A DNA stretch of 64,000 nt, taken from the NCBI GenBank assembly GCA_023920165.1, contig CP089274.1:4030001-4094000 (forward strand), given 5' to 3'. Position 1 is the first letter of the stretch. Each line of letters begins with the position of its first letter. The notes beneath the pieces are model-generated. The model made no database searches, was not told the origin of the DNA, and was given only the letters and a program-made list of their open reading frames with translations. The translations under genes were made by a program, and so were the position numbers. This stretch comes from Curvularia clavata. Lineage: Eukaryota. Shown here piece by piece: positions 61,402-64,000 of the stretch.

Positions 61402-64000
61402 ATGGATCCCTCCTCGTCGTCCATCCCCCGTCCCTCTGGCATCCCCAGGCCGGCCCCCGCCTCTCGTCTCCCCGTGCTCAGGCAGTCGGCCAGCCAGTCC
61501 CAGCTGCGGTCACCCGCTTCGACCGAACAGCTACGCAAAAAACCCTCCCTCGCTTCCATCTCGCGCCCCACGACTTCGACGCTGCAGAAGAAAACATCCA
61601 GGGCATCGCTCGTGCTTCCCAACGGCCCTCCCACCACCGCGACCCCGGCCGCCGCACCCTCCAATCCATCATCGGGCCGGACTCCGAGCGCTTCTTCTCG
61701 GAGAACGAGTGGCATCCCCAACTTTGGCCAGCGACGCATCTCGACTGCGGCCACGCCTGCGGCCTCGAACCAAAGCGATGTGTCCGTGTTCAAGAAACCA
61801 CTGGCCCGACGCCCCTCACACCAGTTCAAGGAACCGTCACGTGCAGCCTCATCATCCATCTCAGGCGGTCCAGAAGATGCATTGGGCCGGCTAGAGGGCT
61901 TCAGATCAACTTCAAGGGCATCTTCGCGTGCAAGCTCAAGAGTAGGGCATCGCGAGAGTGACCCTGAACATGAAGGTGTTGTGTCGGATGGATCAGACCA
62001 CCAGGGGGGCCTCCAGGGGCAAGACAGCCGACCTTCTCTCTCGGAAAGAACCATCGAAAGTCTTTCGCAGATCCCATCCTCCCCGATACCGAAGAAGGGA
62101 CCACGAAGATCAAGCTTTTTCAATGGCGACAATAGCATGCCACCACCACTGCGACCAGCTTCCGCTACGTCCAATGGCAGCAGGCCATCGACGAGTGACG
62201 ACTCCCAACAGGCAATTCTGGGCACACCAAAGAGATTGGCTGTTCCTCCTAACAGAATGTCCATGACTTCGCCCGCAAGACGGAGTGCCAGTGCTACTGT
62301 TGCTTCATCTGCTGTGACGCCTACTAGGCAGGCGTCTATTTCACGATCCGCGTCAACTATCAAGAAGCAGCCCCTATCAGCAGCGCAAAATCTTCAAGAC
62401 ACGCCCAAGCCGCGTCTGCTGACCAACAGCAAAAGTCTTGCTCCTCGAACACCAAGAGCTCGAGCATCCCTAGGCAACATGTACGGACAAGCAGTTTCGC
62501 CTCCGGGAACTGCCGTGACTTCTCCGATCCAGAACTATGAGGCTCCGGCGAAAAAGACACCAGACACTGTTCGGAGGGTCGCCAGCTCTTCATCAGCCTT
62601 GCGGGATCACATCGCGAAAGCCAGGGCAGCGAAGAAGCCAGACGTCGCTCCTGCGCCTGTCGAAGCTTCGCCAAAAGCTGCAAGTTCCTCAAATGCTTTA
62701 AGAGAGCAGATCGCAAAGGCTAGGAAGGAGGCTGCTAAGCGAGCAAGAGCTGAGCCCATCAGGAACAGCACGCCACCTTCGGATGTCATCATTCCTGACC
62801 CCGCTGAGATTGCAACATTTGACTTCGGACTTAACGATGATCCTTTCAACCAACGCTCCAAAGGCGGCGCTTCTGTACTTCGCCGGCGCATCGACACGGC
62901 TCGTGGAGATGGCCGCTTAAACATTGCTGCATTGGGCTTAAAGGAGATACCGGATGACGTACTTTCAATGTACACTTATGATCCCAACGATACAAAGGTG
63001 GCTTGGGGTGAGGTTGTAGACCTCACTTCTATTCTGGCTGCCGACAACGAACTCGAAATCATTTCAGACAGCATGTTTCCTGATGTCACTGTCGAAGATA
63101 TGATCGATTCCGATGAGGCCGGTCCTCAGTTTGGAGGTGTTCAGAACATTGACTTGCATGGTAACATTCTCAGAGAGCTACCAATAGGTCTGAGACGACT
63201 CACACAGTTGTCCAAGTTGAATCTCGTAAGTTCCTCTTTCATTCAACGATGGCGCCCTAGCAGCTCGGTCCATGTGCAGAGTACAGTTCTAACAGAATCT
63301 AGTCAAGGAACAAGCTACCCATGGATGTATTTGACATCATCGCTCAGATACCCACATTGCGCGAATTGAAGCTAGCTGAGAACAGCCTGGATGGTCCTCT
63401 GTCGCCGGCTCTATGCGATCTTACAGCACTAGAAGTCCTCGAGCTTCAATCAAATAAGCTGACTAGCCTTCCTGATGGCTTTGAGCGCTTGACCCAACTC
63501 CGCACGCTCAATGTCTCCGACAATCAGCTTCGTGCTATTCCTAGCGAAGTTTTTTCTTCGGTTCTCATCGAGTTGCACGCATCCAAAAACCGCCTTGAGG
63601 GCGCGCTCTTTACCCGCAACTCTGCATCCCACCTGCAAGAATTGCATGTAGCTCAGAATGCCCTAACGTCGTTATGTCAAGACGACTCTATTGATTTACC
63701 TGCTCTTAGGACCTTGAATGCTTCTGTCAACCGTCTCACTTCCTTGCCTGCGGTATCGAATTGGAGTAGCCTAATCACACTATTGGTAGCAGAGAACAAG
63801 CTTACGGCATTGCCAGAAGGATTCACCGATCTCCAGCAGCTTCGAACTGCAGATTTCACAGGCAATGACATAACCCAGCTTGACGAGAAGATAGCCCTTA
63901 TGGAAAACCTGGATCATCTTACTCTGGCAGCGAACCCATTGCGTGATCGAAAATTCTTGACAATGGGAACCGACGACTTGAAGCGTGACTTGGCTTCCAG
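61402..64000 (+). CDS. Leucine-rich-repeat protein with long disordered N-terminus (exons 61402-63225, 63303 to beyond window)
   Basis: GRLNIAALGLKEIP followed by repeated LxxLxLxxNxL units; canonical intron 63226-63302; ORF open at the window edge. Confidence 0.9.

Noticed and set aside
60717..62363. 548-aa minus-strand ORF
   Set aside because: Antisense shadow of the GC-rich, Ser/Pro/Arg-rich LRR gene N-terminus; no domain, and out of frame with the gene starting at 60714.
1..64000. Stop-codon readthrough to a cryptic peroxisomal signal in the dehydrogenases and thiolase
   Set aside because: The stops checked (SDR, thiolase, GRE2-like, aldo-keto reductase) lack the TGA-CTA context and the extensions do not end in an SKL-like tripeptide.
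1..64000. tRNA, 5S rRNA, snRNA, telomerase RNA, CRISPR array
   Set aside because: No diagnostic motifs seen by eye; a covariance-model scan would be needed to exclude divergent ones.

Overview
Genomic DNA from a filamentous ascomycete (Pezizomycotina; short GT-AG introns with CTRAC/CTAAT branch points; probably a Dothideomycete, which is inference). About 8 kb at the left end has no convincing gene. Then follow eIF4G, a small 11-mer-repeat protein, an SDR, a degenerate Fot1/pogo DNA transposon with 72-bp TIRs, succinyl-CoA ligase beta, a lysine/glutamate-rich hypothetical protein, a thiolase, NTF2, an intron-encoded double-guide box C/D snoRNA in an apparently non-coding host, a GRE2-like reductase, a core-domain methionine synthase-like protein, a secreted GMC oxidoreductase, a divergent TauD dioxygenase / sulfonate-permease pair and an aldo-keto reductase. 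Next come a head-to-head HET-domain / ankyrin-CorA-like gene pair, an alcohol acetyltransferase, an 81-aa 8-Cys secreted peptide, a DUF1996 protein, several hypothetical genes, a C2H2 finger protein, an MCP1-like protein, a second CorA-like gene sharing intron positions with the first, a coiled-coil protein and an LRR protein that runs off the right edge. NTF2, the 11-mer protein, the secreted peptide and the snoRNA are missed by the ORF track and were assembled by hand from splice signals. Family names come from motif recognition, not database searches. Best leads: the HET + ankyrin-CorA pair as a possible immune/allorecognition module, the double-guide snoRNA, and the two small spliced genes.
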